A DNA stretch of 58,224 nt, counting the filler, from Sluysia triapertura (Eukaryota): NCBI GenBank assembly GCA_046118255.1. It is 4 parts of 4 records of this genome, joined end to end, with 100 filler letters (N's around TTAATTAATTAA, not from the genome) between each part and the next. Parts side by side here need not be neighbours in the genome. Positions count along the whole stretch, not along the records: positions 1 to 13,495 come from JBJNIA010036705.1; positions 13,596 to 29,500 come from JBJNIA010215364.1; 2 more parts are not named here. One strand, given 5' to 3'. The notes below the pieces were generated by a model. It made no database searches. It had not been told where the DNA came from and saw nothing but the letters and a program-made list of their open reading frames with translations. Within the stretch, counting starts at the first letter, position 1, and each line of letters opens with the position of its first letter. A program made the translations under genes and the position numbers. Positions 11,950-26,268 of this stretch are shown here, in pieces.

Positions 11950-12358
11950 AAATGATTTTTTCCTAATTTCTTTGCTTCTAAGTCACAAAATGTGACTCTA
12001 GGAAAGTTTCCTGAATGTTCCCATTGTTGTCCACGTAAAATATCTATCAAAATTCGTATTCCGAAAAATACCTGCTTCGATCCAAACAAGTATTCCATGA
12101 AATATAATTGACCGACCAAATTCACTATGTACAAGACCTTCACCAAACAATAACTGACCAATAAAAAGTGATTACCATTGTTGCTATCACAAGTAGGCTT
12201 ATAGTTTAACTTGTTGCCACAGCAACAAAAGCATCTGCTACCGTTGTAACTGTGGATTAACTTTCGACCGCAGCGACGAGTCCAGGTATTAGTAATTGAA
12301 ACACAATTAACATTTCCATGGTAACTATTGCTATCAGTTCCGTTGTTGCCATGATGTG
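11950..12358 (-). CDS. inx: Innexin (gap-junction protein) internal exon: cytoplasmic loop, TM3, second extracellular loop
   Basis: AG acceptor 12360-12359 and GT donor 11949-11948. Translation ...FLLVSYCLVKVLYIVNLVGQLYFMEYLFG...WEHSGNFPRVTFCDLEAKKLGKNH contains the innexin FPRVTxC signature. Flanking exons not found. Confidence 0.92.
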
Positions 12359-12394
12359 CTGTAAAATAGCAAAATTATCATTAATAAACTAATT

Positions 12395-13495
12395 TTAATT
12401 TGGAGCTTCGATTGGTTTCGAGGGCTTGTTATATAAATTTGAATTTAAAACTATTTTGTCAAATTTACTTTCATCTAAAAGTTTAGTAAAAGTCTTATGA
12501 TTATTTTGATAGAGTTTTAAAGGATGACCTATCACTTCGTAATTTATTTCTGCCTTGATATCACTAACTCGACTTATATATGGACTCATGTTATAATTCA
12601 AAATTCTTTCTTTGTGGGTTTTACTGTGATTAAGTTTATTTGCCTTATACTTGTCGTTTAAGTTTTGGTTTTGAATACATTCATACATTAGTTTAATTGT
12701 TCTAACTTCCAGCTCAACAATGGTTTTATCTATAGTCCCTTTAAAGAAAAATATAAACGATGTTTAATTTTCGACGTAACTAAATAACATTTTTAGAACA
12801 TAAAGGCAAAATTGTATTAAATAATGAACTTTTATAAATTTAAAATTTGAATCATTGATTTTGTCCTTTAATACTGGCCCCCTGTTTTCCACAAAGATTT
12901 GTGCTGTACTCCGCGGATCCACTCGTACTTGTAAAAAGGTTACTTTTCATGTTAATGATATCGTTCTTCTTAAAAGCTGCAGAATCTTCCTCGTCAAGTA
13001 GGTTCGTTACATTATCTTCACCTGGTTTTTCTGCATCTAACGAGCGTGTTTCGCAGTCTAATTCCATTTGATGATCACCATAACTTCTAGATAAAGTTTT
13101 GTATAAATAATCGTACTAAATGTTTTTTGCTGTTGAAAACGCTGCCTTCAAATGATAAATGTGTCGATTTTTACCAGCAATTTCGTTGCGTATCGACTTA
13201 CGTATTTCCAAATAGATTAAATTGCTAAACAAACTTTTCGCTTCTTTTTTTACTTTTATACTTGGATTCGTAATAATTGACTTCACATATTCATAACTTT
13301 CTGGCAAATTATAGTCAGGAACATTGTAATTTACATCATGATGTAATTTATATTCTAATTTATCAGTACACTTCGACTTATTATTGTATTTACTTACTAA
13401 ACAGTTTTCGAAATTTTGTTTTGGGTTACCATTTAAACTTTTATCAGTTGTATTATTATTGTCGATATCATCACTGTTACTTTTATTGCCATCAC
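12395..13495 (-). CDS. N/K/S/D-rich low-complexity coding region, interrupted (possible pseudogene)
   Basis: Open from the gap at 13495 to 12852 in one frame except a single TAG at 13118-13116; a further open segment about 12788-12395. Confidence 0.45.
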
Positions 13496-13595
13496 NNNNN
13501 NNNNNNNNNNNNNNNNNNNNNNNNNNNNNNNNNNNNNNNTTAATTAATTAANNNNNNNNNNNNNNNNNNNNNNNNNNNNNNNNNNNNNNNNNNNN
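13496..13595. other. Artificial contig linker (44N-TTAATTAATTAA-44N)
   Basis: Exactly 100 bp with a six-frame stop core; repeated identically three times. Confidence 0.97.
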
Positions 13596-13727
13596 ATTAT
13601 TTTAATTACTAATTTCATTTATTTGTGTTAAAACATTAAAAATAAGTTTAACAAAAAATTTATAATTAAATATGCATTGAGTAATATCTTTTAATTTTAT
13701 TTTAATTATACGAAATGTTTTAATAAC

Positions 13728-13889
13728 ATTTTCGGCATCGTTGGTGACTCTTGCTAAATCCATACCACGAGAATGACAAGCATGTACAGCTTCCGTGTAG
13801 GTCATGCTATTAGCAACGTGTTGGTATTGTATGCATTGATACTTTTTAATCAATAAGAAAAATAAGGCAAACAATATAGATATCTGCAT
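13728..13889 (-). CDS. Secreted C-type lectin-domain protein, exon 1
   Basis: Signal-peptide-like MQISILFALFFLLIKKYQC, then MTYTEAVHACHSRGMDLARVTNDAEN (CTLD N-terminal pattern A-x3-C-x3-G-x2-LA-x-V-x4-EN), then GT donor. The rest is lost in the gap. Confidence 0.75.
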
Positions 13890-13932
13890 TACTAATATTC
13901 GTACGCATTAAATTACCTAAATATGTGACTGC

Positions 13933-13940
13933 TTTTTATA
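13933..13940 (-). promoter_or_regulatory. Candidate TATA box of the lectin gene
   Basis: TATAAAAA about 45 bp upstream of the ATG at 13889; AT-rich background lowers specificity. Confidence 0.45.
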
Positions 13941-14859
13941 GTTGAAAAATGTAAATTTGACACTTGAGACAAAAACAAATGGCAAATGTGTTTCATGAAA
14001 ATTAAATATGTTTTACTAATAATGGCATTAGTAAAATCAAATATTCGTTTAATTTATTTAATTAAATGAAATTTAATTTTCAAAAGTAAACATTTAATTT
14101 TAGTGGCCAAAATAAAGAAAGTGTTGTTATTTAATTCGAAACTGCTTATTGTTATCATTTTATCTGAATGCATCTTTGAAAATAATAATAAATGAAGCGT
14201 GGTGTTTTATAAATCCAGTAATAATAAATTTAGTCTTAATTTGTAAACATGGATTGAGGTTACTTCATGTCGCATAGAATATCTATTTGTCACTATAATT
14301 GATTCATGCTGTCTATTATGAATGTTAGCATTTGTTATAAAACATTTTAATACAAGATTGTAATACAAACTTGTCGTATTATCTTTAAAATTATTATTTG
14401 TAAACTTTATAAAATTCTGGTATTTCATTTTCTAAAATTATTCTCTGCAATTTTATAATCGATAAGCTGATTCAAGACATTTGACAATAACACAAAAACA
14501 ACATAATACTCAATAATAATATTGCTGTGGTATTTCTTAACTCTTAACTTAAGGCCAAATAAAATTGGACAGTGTTCGGTTACAGTAAACGTCATAGAAT
14601 ATGTTGTTGGCATCTCTGCAACTTGTTAAGCTATTACTTTTACTAAATTCACTCAAAAATAAGTATAAACGTTCTTAACTTAATTATTAAAGTAAAAGAT
14701 TCTATATGTTCAATCAATTTGTCTCTAAAAAGTTACAATTAAAATCACAAAAATTTTATTAAAACAATGAATTACTTATTTTCTAAACAATAAAAATTTA
14801 TATAATTTAAAATTAAAATTCCTTTGAATATTTAGTTTTATTCTCTGATTTTAATTATA

Positions 14860-15270
14860 GAAAATTGCCCTCATTAGATCGGGGCAAAAACTAATTAACA
14901 AAATGTTTTTACGTGAGATTTTGTAATAGTCATGGAAAAAAATCGGTTTGAAGCAAAATTCATTGTTGACTGTTGTGATAACTGGAACAGGATAACTAAA
15001 ATGGATACCCAAAATGGAACTGATATAATTGCAGCTAAACAATTTAAAATAAAGCAAGGAATGAAAATAAAGTCTGTTTTTATAATAAAATTGATGCTAG
15101 TTTATATACTAATCATCAATCAATAGAAACCGATAGAATGTTCTAGAATGTTATTTTCTATTTTTAGTAGGTAATTTTCTTTTTTAGAAAATACGTTTCT
15201 TTTTTAGAAAATTATTTATTCTTTTTTAGAATTTAAGTTATTTTATTGAAAAATTAGTGCGGTAAATTGT
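14860..15270. repeat. Dispersed repeat family C, copy 1
   Basis: Shares ccctcattaNatcgggg, tgatgcYagtttata and ttttttagaaaa arrays with 45655-46060; the first motif also occurs reversed near 31652-31678. Confidence 0.6.
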
Positions 15271-18200
15271 TTGTTGCAATCTTTATAGGGTGAGTGATGA
15301 CAACCTAAAAATATTAAATAAAATGTTTAAAAATAAAATGATACTATGTATGATTGAATTTTAAAAGTTATCGAATGCTTGAATTCACAATGAGCGACAT
15401 AGAAATGTATAAATCAGAGAAAGTACACAGGACTATAATATTTAACAACAATTATCAACAACGCCCAATGAAATACATTCGATTCCAGTGAACTTGTGCG
15501 GACTGCTTTTTACCATTCAAGTTTGTGATTTATAAATTTGATTTTAGATTAAAATAATCATGAAATATTTTTCTAAAATTTATTCTAGATAAATTTTAAA
15601 TAAACTAATATTATACGGACTGCTTACTTGTTTAGATTTTGTTATTTATCTAACATTTCCTTAGAATAAATAAATACATAAAAACTTGTGCATTTAGTTT
15701 CATTTATTTTATAAATATAGAAGACGGCGATTGGGGGATAGAATTGGACAAATTAAAACAGATTTAAAGCACAACTGAGACGAGTATAGAACTGATAAAG
15801 ATTTCATACATTATGAAATCACAAGGTAGAACTCAAATAAAATTCATGCGTGACACTAGTTAAGAGGCTTGATACATAAAGTCTTTAACTATAAAAGAGA
15901 TTTCAAGCAGAATAAAAACTAGAATAGCAACGCATTTTAAATTATTTACGAGAAACATTTCTTCTTTAATATATCCACACATCATACATTAAAGCAAAGT
16001 ACGCATATTTTAAAAAGATTAAAAGAGTGACGAATTTTATAACAAAAACATTTTAAAAAGACCGAATAATATTTAAATTCTATAAATTAATTAATATCAA
16101 ATAACATTAAAACCTTAATATAAACAGTCTTTATCTGTGTTGACGCAATTCTAACTTATCTCTGTTGTAAGATAAGGAAGTGTGAATAAAATGTTTAAAT
16201 TTTATTTAAAATTCTCTAAGAAAAACTAAATGAACTAAAATCTATTTCCAAAGTTTTAATGTTTTAACGTGTTACATGTTTGTGTTATAAGAATTTAATA
16301 TAAAATTATCAAATACATTTGGAGAGCAGTTAGAATGCCCATTGAACTTTAATCTTTGAATTGAAAATATAAAAATTTGTTCACGACCGTCGTTTTTTCT
16401 AAAATAATCTTATACGTAGTGTAGGACTTTATATATCTTTATCTGATAGATAAACGATTTTCATTGTAATAAATAAGACATAATGAAAGTTTTTATATGT
16501 TTTATTGAAAAGTATATTAGTAATAAATTACTCTTTTTATTACTAAATTTCTTAAGGGTTTTAACATATTCGCTAACTCTTTTACAGCTTCCTAATCTAC
16601 TTCCAATTTATCTCTATTTTGTGGTACCCAAAAGCATAATATTTGAGTTTGTATGTCAAAATAATCATTTTATTGTTCATCAGTTCTCATGTTCAGTGTT
16701 TATTGAAATGATATTAAAGTGCATAATTAACACTATAATAGCTTTGTTACATCTTTCATTTCAGGTTTTGTGTCTTTTCCAAAACTGTGAAGATCATTAT
16801 TACAATTATTAATTGGTAAAACAATTGGAACATACATTGCAAAAAGTTAAAGCAAAATACTTTCAAACAAAACACCACTAAGATAAGGTACAAACAACAA
16901 TAAAGATTCGAAAAAGAATAATGACAATACAAGAATAAGGGACAAATACATTGTTATTATGATAACTACAAATGCAATATATATATGTTAAGAAACAAGA
17001 AAATTATTCAAGAAGATGAACCGATGAAAGAGAATCCTAAGAACAAAACACAACAATAGAAATCTAAGAAGGCGAACAGTATGTATGAAACCAAAAATTG
17101 CTACACGGAAAGTTACAATAATTCTTGAATTTTATGCAATTGAATTTGAATGTGGTATAAACAAGAATGTTTTTCGAGTTGCACCTTGAATACATAAAAG
17201 ATAAGAAATGAATGGAAGAAAGAGAACGAAAAGTAAAAGATCAAATAGAAAGCAAATGATAATTCAACCAATTAAGGTTAATATTGAAGAAATATTAAGT
17301 TAACCAATTTAGAGTAAAAGAGAAGAGATAGAAAAAATAAAATCTGACAAAAAAGAACAAGCGATAATAAAAATATACCGAAAATAAATGAGGAAAGAAA
17401 GATAAGCTCAACCAATTATATGTAAATTCCATCTAATGGCGTATTTGTAAATAACGTGAAAGTGTATACTGAAAGATTGATGCTACAATAAGGTGTCCTT
17501 ATCCTTAATACGTGATATGAGAAATCTATGAGAATACTATTAAATAAGTGTATTTTTAAGTGTAAGTTATAAGTTTAACGTATTTACTTAGAAAAATCAA
17601 CAATAGATCCTGTAAAGTTCACTTTAATAAATTTTAATAATTTCTGGTGTAATAATGTTATAACTAAATATTATTACAATCTTACTTTATTAGTTAAATT
17701 AAATATATCAAATTTTTATATTAAAATTAACAATTAATATGAAATGCATTATTCACAACTAAAAAACAAAATTACCAATTTCACAATAGAGTTATTATCA
17801 AAAGCAGTAATAATATAAAACAAAACTGATAATAACAATAATAATTATTTTATTACAAAAGAACTAGCCCGACCTTAGGGGCCAACGAAAAGACAATGAT
17901 TTTATATTTTAGTGTAATTTTGTAATTGGCCTTATTGACCAACTGAAAATTATATAGTTTAAGTCAATATTTTAATTCTACACGTTATGTAAAATAAACT
18001 AACTATTTAATGTAGAACATAATTTAAAATTTGTGATCTCTCTAATCGAATGTTCGAGATCAAAATGTTCTTTTTATGAATATTTGATTTGATGGCACTG
18101 TTTGGAAACCAAAACTTTAAATATAAATCATCAAAATATTGTTGAATTAAAATGGTCGCTAGATCAGAATAACAAATTTGTCGCTAAAATTAATACTGGC

Positions 18201-20920
18201 ACTAGAGATCGAAATGGTGGCAATATCAAAATGGCTTTTCTTTTTTAATAGTTTTATGATTATAAAGAATTATATTTTTTAAATTTGATTCATTAAAGCA
18301 ATTTATTTCTAGAAACTTCTTTATGAATTACTTTTAAAATAATGAAGTATTAATTTTAATATAATTGTAATTAGAATTTTTTAATTAATAGTAATTTTAA
18401 TAATTTTTTATAGTAATTTTAATACTTATAATTTTTTAATAAATACACAAAACATAAGAACACATAAAATATAAAATAATAAAATATAAATAATTTTATA
18501 TAAAAATATCAATTCACAAAAAAATACTTATTTACAACCTTTACAGAAGAAATTAAAACGAAGCCCAGAATAAAGAACATGTAAAACATTCAAATAACAA
18601 CTAGAAAATTACATATTATAATAATCGATATTGTAAGATTAGAGTGATTATTTATCTAGATTTTAATCTACGTGAACTCTTTACGATATTAGACTTACTC
18701 ACTTAAAGGCTAATGCGTAAGTGACGTATAAAATAGTTATTTGGAGGCTTTTTATATGTTAAATTATCAGTAACCTAGTTAAAGAACCAATGTTATGATG
18801 TCAGGGATTTAGTTTCTGTCCTATTGCAATGACAGGTTAAAACTATGTAATTTACGTCGGATACCAATTAAAAATGATCTGCGAAAATGAAATTTAATAC
18901 TAAATTATCAAATGACGAAGTATTTTTAAGTAATTTTGTGACTATATAAATTTAATATTACGTAAATGGTTTAATTAATTATACGAACCCAATTTAAGTA
19001 GTTTATATTAAGACAAAAAATGGGTAATAAGTACAATGAGTTTATATAACTTTAATATAATGAATATATAAAAATTACAAAAATTAAATACAATTCGCAT
19101 TAAGTTTCTCTTAGTATAGATTTTTAAATAAATGTTACATCAACCCTTTAAACGGTTGAATAAAAATATTAAATAAAAATGTCGAGTGTAATTTGCATCA
19201 ACTCTAAACTGTTGTTAAAACCTAAAAAATCGACTAACGAATTATTATATTTCCTGTATGAATCAGTCGAATATGATCAATGTTCGAAGTAGAACTCCTT
19301 TCAAAAAATCTGTTGCGATTTATAAATGATGAATCGTAGTTTGTAAAATGTGAATAATTACGAATTTGTAATTGATAACTTAAAAATTGTAAATTATGTG
19401 TTTTATGTGTTAGTTATTTATACTAGATTTTTTGAAGGTTATAAAGAATTTAAACAAAATTTTATAAATATTTTTTCCTTTTTGCTAACCAACAAAACTA
19501 TTCCGTTAAAAAGATTTATAAATTTATTAATCAAATAAAATATACAATTATTATTGTTAATTAATGTTATTTAATTAAAATATACATAAAACTTATAATA
19601 ATATAATAAATTATAAAAATATTGATTTTCTTAATGGTTATAAATTGATTAAACATAGAACATATAAAATATATATAATACACAATATATGATTTACACA
19701 CATACACAATAACTGATTGACAATATAAAAAATGCTTAAGCACATTCATCATCAATAACGGTAAAGTAATTACCAAGACATAAAAAGAAAAGTTTAAATT
19801 TAATTTACATCAAAACCAAAGTTTTCAAAGCACACAACACAAAAATAAAACACTGCACTTAGTCTTTCCAGCAATCACAATACAAATTCGCATGTAGTGT
19901 GAGCAATAGATTTTTGATTATAGTTTATTTTATAAATTGCTTTTAGGAGGTTAAAAATCTTTGGCGAATATTTGCTTGTCTAATTTCTTTAACAGCTAAA
20001 ATCTTTTATAACTCTTTTAACATAGAGCAACCAAGAATGCATAATGGTTCGTTTTATATCATGCGCATCTCTATAAAATTCGAATGAATTTTATTATTTA
20101 ATTATTATTAGTGACAGTAACTCAATACCAAATCAATTAGTTTAGAGAATCTCCATAAATTTAATAATTACAAAATCAAATACATATTGTTGGAAGTTCT
20201 CTTAATTTAGCAATAATATTTATTAAAACCAAAACGATATGTTTTTAAATTTCAATTAATAACCATAACACAATAATTTAATAATTACAAAATCAAATAC
20301 AAATCATTACTATTACCCTCCATTTTGACACATAATGACTAAATCTCAAAATTATCAATAATTTTATTGTGGTGTCTCAGTCATATCATGTACTTTTATT
20401 ATCACATACTGTCATAAATTTACATAAAATCCACCCACTAATATTTCCTACATTTCACAACGACATCTCATATCACGCAAATCACAAACCCAAAATAAAG
20501 TCTTTAACACATAAACTATTATAATTGATTGTATTTGTATCATATCGCCAGCCTCATACACTTTAGCATCACTATTAAGGGCACTTCCTTAACATTTTAT
20601 ACTACATTCTCTTCTCGTGAATTATGTATATTATTTATATATTTTTTTATCTTTCGAAGTAATTATTACGAATTGTGTAAACAATCATTTTTCTTTACTA
20701 GCAACTTATGTTTTTTACAAATAAGTCATGAAATGGCGACATTTGATCATTTTGATAAATTGTAACATGTGAGGTATTGCATGAATGCAATGAATATGCA
20801 CGTGGTCATGATGTCATTATGGTTTTATTCAGTTGAATTTACGTTAAAATCTCAAAGGAAAATGTAAAAGAATAAGTAAAGGAAGATATAACTATCATGT
20901 ATTATCTGGTTTTTCACAAT

Positions 20921-21055
20921 GTCGTTTCATTGGATGATAAAAACAAAGAACTTGAACCAAATGAAGTGGGAGAAATTTTATGTCGCGGTGCAACTTTAAT
21001 GAAAGGATGTGTTGAAATTGATCCGTATAGTTGAGAAAGGGGATTCGATTCTGAT
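20921..21055 (+). pseudogene. AMP-binding (4-coumarate-CoA ligase/luciferase-like acyl-CoA synthetase) fragment
   Basis: VVSLDDKNKELEPNEVGEILCRGATLMKGCVEIDPYS*ERGFDSD matches the GE(I/L)xxRGxxxMKGY motif; in-frame TGA; isolated. Confidence 0.75.
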
Positions 21056-21769
21056 ATCAGTTTAATTTACTTAAACGGAATCCTAATAATTTCAATACTT
21101 ATCAAAATAAATTTAAATTATCTCAAATTCTATTAGGTTAGTAACAGTAACAATTCAATCCCAACAGAAGTTATATTCTTTAATTAAATTAATAACAAAA
21201 CTCAATTATAATAATTATAAAAAATTAAATACAATAATATTAATGAGTCAACTGGAAATGATTACAATTAAAAGAAAGTAAACAATAACTTTTATAACAA
21301 TGTTAAGTAGACAATAACTCGTCCAAAAAGAAAAACCAGAGATGACAACAAAAATTAAATAATTTTTATATTCTTTCCAAATAATTTTATTCCAATTCAA
21401 TGACAAAATAAACTATAAGATAAATTGGGCAGGTAGAATCCAAAAAGTTAACTTATCAATAGCCTAAAAATCAAAATTGGAATAATAATCAAATTATTAT
21501 CTTAAGATATTTTAAAAAATAAATTGGGCAGCGAATCCACAAAACATCAATCTATTAATGGCTTAAAATCAAGTTTAAAATCATAATCTAATATTCAACT
21601 AACAAAAAAATTAACTGTTTTCCCTGCTTAATAAAAATAAAAATAAAATAAACAAAATTACCGACAACATGGACATGAGCAGTATGATAAGAACTTGAAT
21701 TGTGGCTCTGTATTTCCGTTGTGTGTTTACATTTTTAAGTTTTTCATTTTATAATCTCTCATCAAAAAA

Positions 21770-22795
21770 TCAATCCTGAGTTTCACAATTAAACAACTTT
21801 GTCAATTACATGGTACATTCAAGTCAAACATCATTAGGTACAAAACACAAAAAATTTGATTATCAATCTATTTTTGCTTAAATTACTTCTTACATTAAAA
21901 TAACAATCAGCAATATTATTATACATAAAATAATGAATTTAATTTCACTTTTTAAATTTAAATAATTTTCAAATTTTCACACCAAATTTTCTAATGAAAA
22001 ATGTTTACGGTTCAAACAAACCATTCTACGAACATTCTAGATTCTCCTCTCTCAAAGAAATCATCTCATTATATTTACATCATTTCAACATTCAACATAA
22101 ATTCAACATTCCATAATTAAAAATTAATATAAATTTGACTTTGCTCAACATTAAGTCTTTCCTTGCATGAACTCGGTCAAACCATACCTTCATCGAAAGG
22201 TCTTTTCAAAAAAATAAAAGTATCATTCCGCAATGAAACGTTATTCACAAAAACGTATTTTTTAATTAATTAATCTATTTTTAGACTTAATCTATTCTAT
22301 GTTTAAAAGTTTTATTAAGGTTCCAAAGATATTTAGTAATTTATAAGGCATTCAAGAGGCTCTAGATGTTTTCACCTTCACCCCTCTGATTCCTTTTTCT
22401 ATTTCTTCATGTTAATTATTACCATATTAAACTTATCTTTAATATTTTGATCAATGATTTTATTTCTCAAATATTTTAAAGATTTTAAATACTCTATAAG
22501 GTTACTCGAAGATCTCAAATGCTTATAGAATGTTTAAAGGTTAATAAAGTTTCAGATGATCTGAAAGATTACTAGTTCAAAGGTATTCCAATAACTTTAA
22601 AGGCTTATTATTAATGTATCTCAAACTTTCATAAGGAATCAAACCCTTATATAGGTCTTTGGAATGCCAAGGTATTGCTTAGCTGTTAACGTTATTGTTG
22701 ATGTTTTAATTCTTATGATTCTTATTTCAACGCTACTTATAATACTCAATCCATGATTCGGTATCCTATAGCTTCATGTTTCTCACTCATTTTTC
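21770..22795. repeat. Dispersed repeat family B, copy 2
   Basis: Colinear with 880-2010. Confidence 0.9.
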
Positions 22796-22839
22796 TAACC
22801 TACTATGAAACCATTAATCAAAAGTATGAAAACATTATT

Positions 22840-23545
22840 ATAAAATATTTGAAGATGTTAAAAATGGTGAGGTTTCGCCAGATGAAGAAATATTTTATTG
22901 CTAGGACGCTCAAGTTCAGTATGATATCATTGTAAAATTTTCTCAATCATTATACTTAACATACGATCAAATTATTTTATTGCTTGAAATTATTAAATTT
23001 ATGTCAAAAAGTACAAAGAAATCAAATAATGCATCAGGTCGTAGTTCTGATTGAAGTCAGTATTATCAAATATTACCTTCTGAAATTAAACATTTACTAA
23101 ATTTAATATTAACAACAGAAGACGACTGGCAAAAAATTTGTTATTAAAAGCCTAAAATGATCCAGAAATACAAAATTCACCTATGAGATTCGTTGATTTA
23201 TCCATATTTATCTATACTTATTAGCTACAGAAATTTTACCATTAGTACATGGTACTTCAAAGGAGTAGTTGAATTAGTTGATAAACGTTTGTTAACAGAC
23301 ATGGTAATGAATTTAATACAATTTTATTTAGCATATGTTGGATTTATTCCAGATGAAGCTAAATACTGATAACTTTTATATTGTAACCATATGTGGTATT
23401 GATCTTAGTTCTTCAGTAAGTGCTTTAAATAATTTGGTTAAAGATAATATGTGGCATAAATTAAGATGGATTTTATCAATGGCTGGTGAAAGTAAAATAA
23501 TAACTGAAAATACTGAAATTGAAAACATCTTATTCATGTAGAATG
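22840..23545 (+). pseudogene. Frameshifted coding remnant, product unknown
   Basis: Protein-like blocks IFEDVKNGEVSPDEEIFY, QYYQILPSEIKHLLNLILTTEDDW and GIDLSSSVSALNNLVKDNMWHKLRWILSMAGE separated by stops and frameshifts. Confidence 0.4.
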
Positions 23546-25399
23546 ATAAACAATTTACTACTACTATTAAATTTATGAATTATTACTACTACCACTACTA
23601 CTATCACTACTACTAATGTTTTGTTACCACCTGCCACTACCTGAAATTAAAATTTAATAAAAATATTACAAATTAATAATAATTAATTTTCATGATTATA
23701 AAAATCAATATTGTAAGTTTTGGATGAAATTAATTTTTTGTTTATCTCAATATGAAGTTAAAATTAAGCAGTTTATGTCTTATTTTATATAATTATCACT
23801 AATGCATCAGTATTCAACTAGAATTCAACTATATGCCCATATGGAACCGTTATTAAATAGTTATCTGACATTTATTTAAATTGTTAGAATCATGTTTTAC
23901 TATTATGAGTTGTACTATAGAACGGAATGAAAGTGGTAAATATTTAGTACTACATATGTACAGAATAACATCAAATGGTGAAAAAGTGTAAGTGGATACA
24001 ATATTTTACATGATATTAAAAATCATAATTGTGTAAAATTTTACGAATTTAAAATTTATCAGATACCTTATGTATACTTATTCTTTTACAAGCGTAACAT
24101 TTATCGTGCATGGAGGACAACCCACTCATTACAATATGTCTACAGACGTTTATATGATTTTTAGTGAGGTTGCTATAAAATGTAGTAAAATATTCTACGA
24201 TTTTTGTTTTACTCGTGAACGACGCCGCGATCAATACCCATCCTAGAAAAATTACTGTCAACCACTTAAAGTAAAGGAATATAATTGGTTAATTTTTATT
24301 ATACTTAGTTATATTCTCATACTTCTTGTTCTATTGGTTTTTATAGTAACACTAAACTGGTTCTTATGTAGTCATTTTTCTGTTAATAAACATTTGTTGA
24401 CCTATTTATTTAATTCATTATTTACAGCATTTGTTATTGTTTTAAAGGGCTTTAAGCCCCATTTATGTGTTAAACAAAGTTTTGTTTCATTAATAGGTAA
24501 AATTAAATTAAAACTAGGTTTTGCATTAATAATTAAAAAATTTATAAAAAATTTTATAAAAAATCTATAAAAAATTTTGAACCCCTCCACAAAAGCTATC
24601 CTTTAAAAGTGCTATCGAGAATATTTATACCTTATGTAGACTACTTCATTTATTTGATTGCATCACTACGTCATTCCTATCACCACTATCAATATGAACG
24701 TGGAAGCATCTTGTTTTATGTCACAATTTTGAAGTTAAAGAATTCAATGTGCCGCTACCACTGTCAAATGGCGGAGACTATGAATCCATTATTCATATTA
24801 AATGGAGACAAGGTTAAGAACATTTCGGTACATCAAAGAGATTAATGAAAATTCCAAGTTTTGTAGATCTTGAAACAATGTGTCTTTATATAACAAGTGA
24901 TGGGATTAAATTTCATGGAAATGATAAGGTGATTGTATAAAGCAATGCCGATGCTGCTACTAATTTTAGTAGTTATTAAATATAAAACGAGTAGGAAACA
25001 TGCTAAGTTGCCATTGTTTATTTGCAAATTTTATTTTTATACATTGAAATTATTATTACTATACATAATTATTATTAGTATACATAATAATAATTATTAT
25101 TATTGATATTATTATTATTATTTTTATTATTATTATTTTTATTATTGTTATTATGTTGCACTTTATTACCAAATGATAATTACCAGCTTTAATATATTGT
25201 TGGGCTTCTGTACAGAGCGGTTACGTCTCGAAATACTTCACCATTACAACCAACATGACCAGCACGTAGAAAATCAATAAAGCTTAAAATAATTTCAATT
25301 TTTTAATAAACACTTTAATTATCAAATTTAATGCATAAATCTCATTTTCAAAACATAAACCTTTTCAACAAGCTTTAACAAATTATTCTAACATCCTTT

Positions 25400-26150
25400 A
25401 TTTAATTACAATTTAATTATCAGACGTCTCAAAACAAATTCAGATAACTTCAAAGAATTCATTAGCCGTTTCATTATCTTTTTATTTGTTTCTTCTCATT
25501 TTATTTTATTTCAATTTTATATGTAAGAACAATCGAAGAAAGATAAGAAAGATCATGTATGGAATACTTTCAGAGATTTATGTTTTGATTTTAACATTTT
25601 AATAATAATGGCAATAATTTTACCATTTTTATTATTGTTATTATTATTATTTTATTATTATTTGTACAATTAATGACACTACTGCATTTTATTATTATTT
25701 CTCATTTTATTATTATCAGTATTAAAATCATTAATGTCTGCCATTATGTACATCGTTGATTAATATTATTAATTATAGTTTCAACTGTATCGCCACTGTC
25801 ATCAACTTTAATTATTAATTTAAATAATTATTTTTACTGTCATTGTGTGACAGCTTTTAACATTGGCTTGCACGTTGAATGTTTGTCGTCGAGCACATTT
25901 TGCTGTCTTGTGTCTTATTGGCCAGTCAACTAAAGTATAAAATATTCAATTTGTGTAAATACAAGAATAGAGTTAAGTACAGAACAATTATCAAAAATAA
26001 TTGGAAACATTTCATCAAACACTTCGTTACTTCCAATCAATATTAAAAGACTTAGTTAAATAATATTACGACAGTAAGACGTATAACGTTGCTGATAATT
26101 AATTTGACGATTATTATTATACTATCTAACAAAAGTAATTACTTTTTTGT
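25400..26150 (+). mobile_element. Family A LTR promoter-module fragment (degenerate)
   Basis: agccgtt...tatatgtaagaa...gatttatg...(TTA)n...ctgtca/tgacag...attggc, the same order as 43000-43500. Confidence 0.55.
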
Positions 26151-26268
26151 GAAGCACATATTTCCAATCAACGAAAACTGTTAGTTTTTAAGATTCAAAT
26201 ATAAATTTATATTTGATAATTTTTATCAGAAATAATTTATTGACGATTTGTATATCTAATTGTTAATT

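Noticed and set aside
13540-13551. Palindromic TTAATTAATTAA motif recurring three times
   Set aside because: Always centred in 44N+44N; it is a scaffolding linker, not biology.
16990-17520. Retrotransposon ORF1 with CCCH zinc finger (ICKFHL...)
   Set aside because: Too degenerate; only one partial motif.
20157-21596. Short local duplications (20157/20274 and 21421/21520)
   Set aside because: Ordinary two-copy duplications in AT-rich repeat debris with no further structure.
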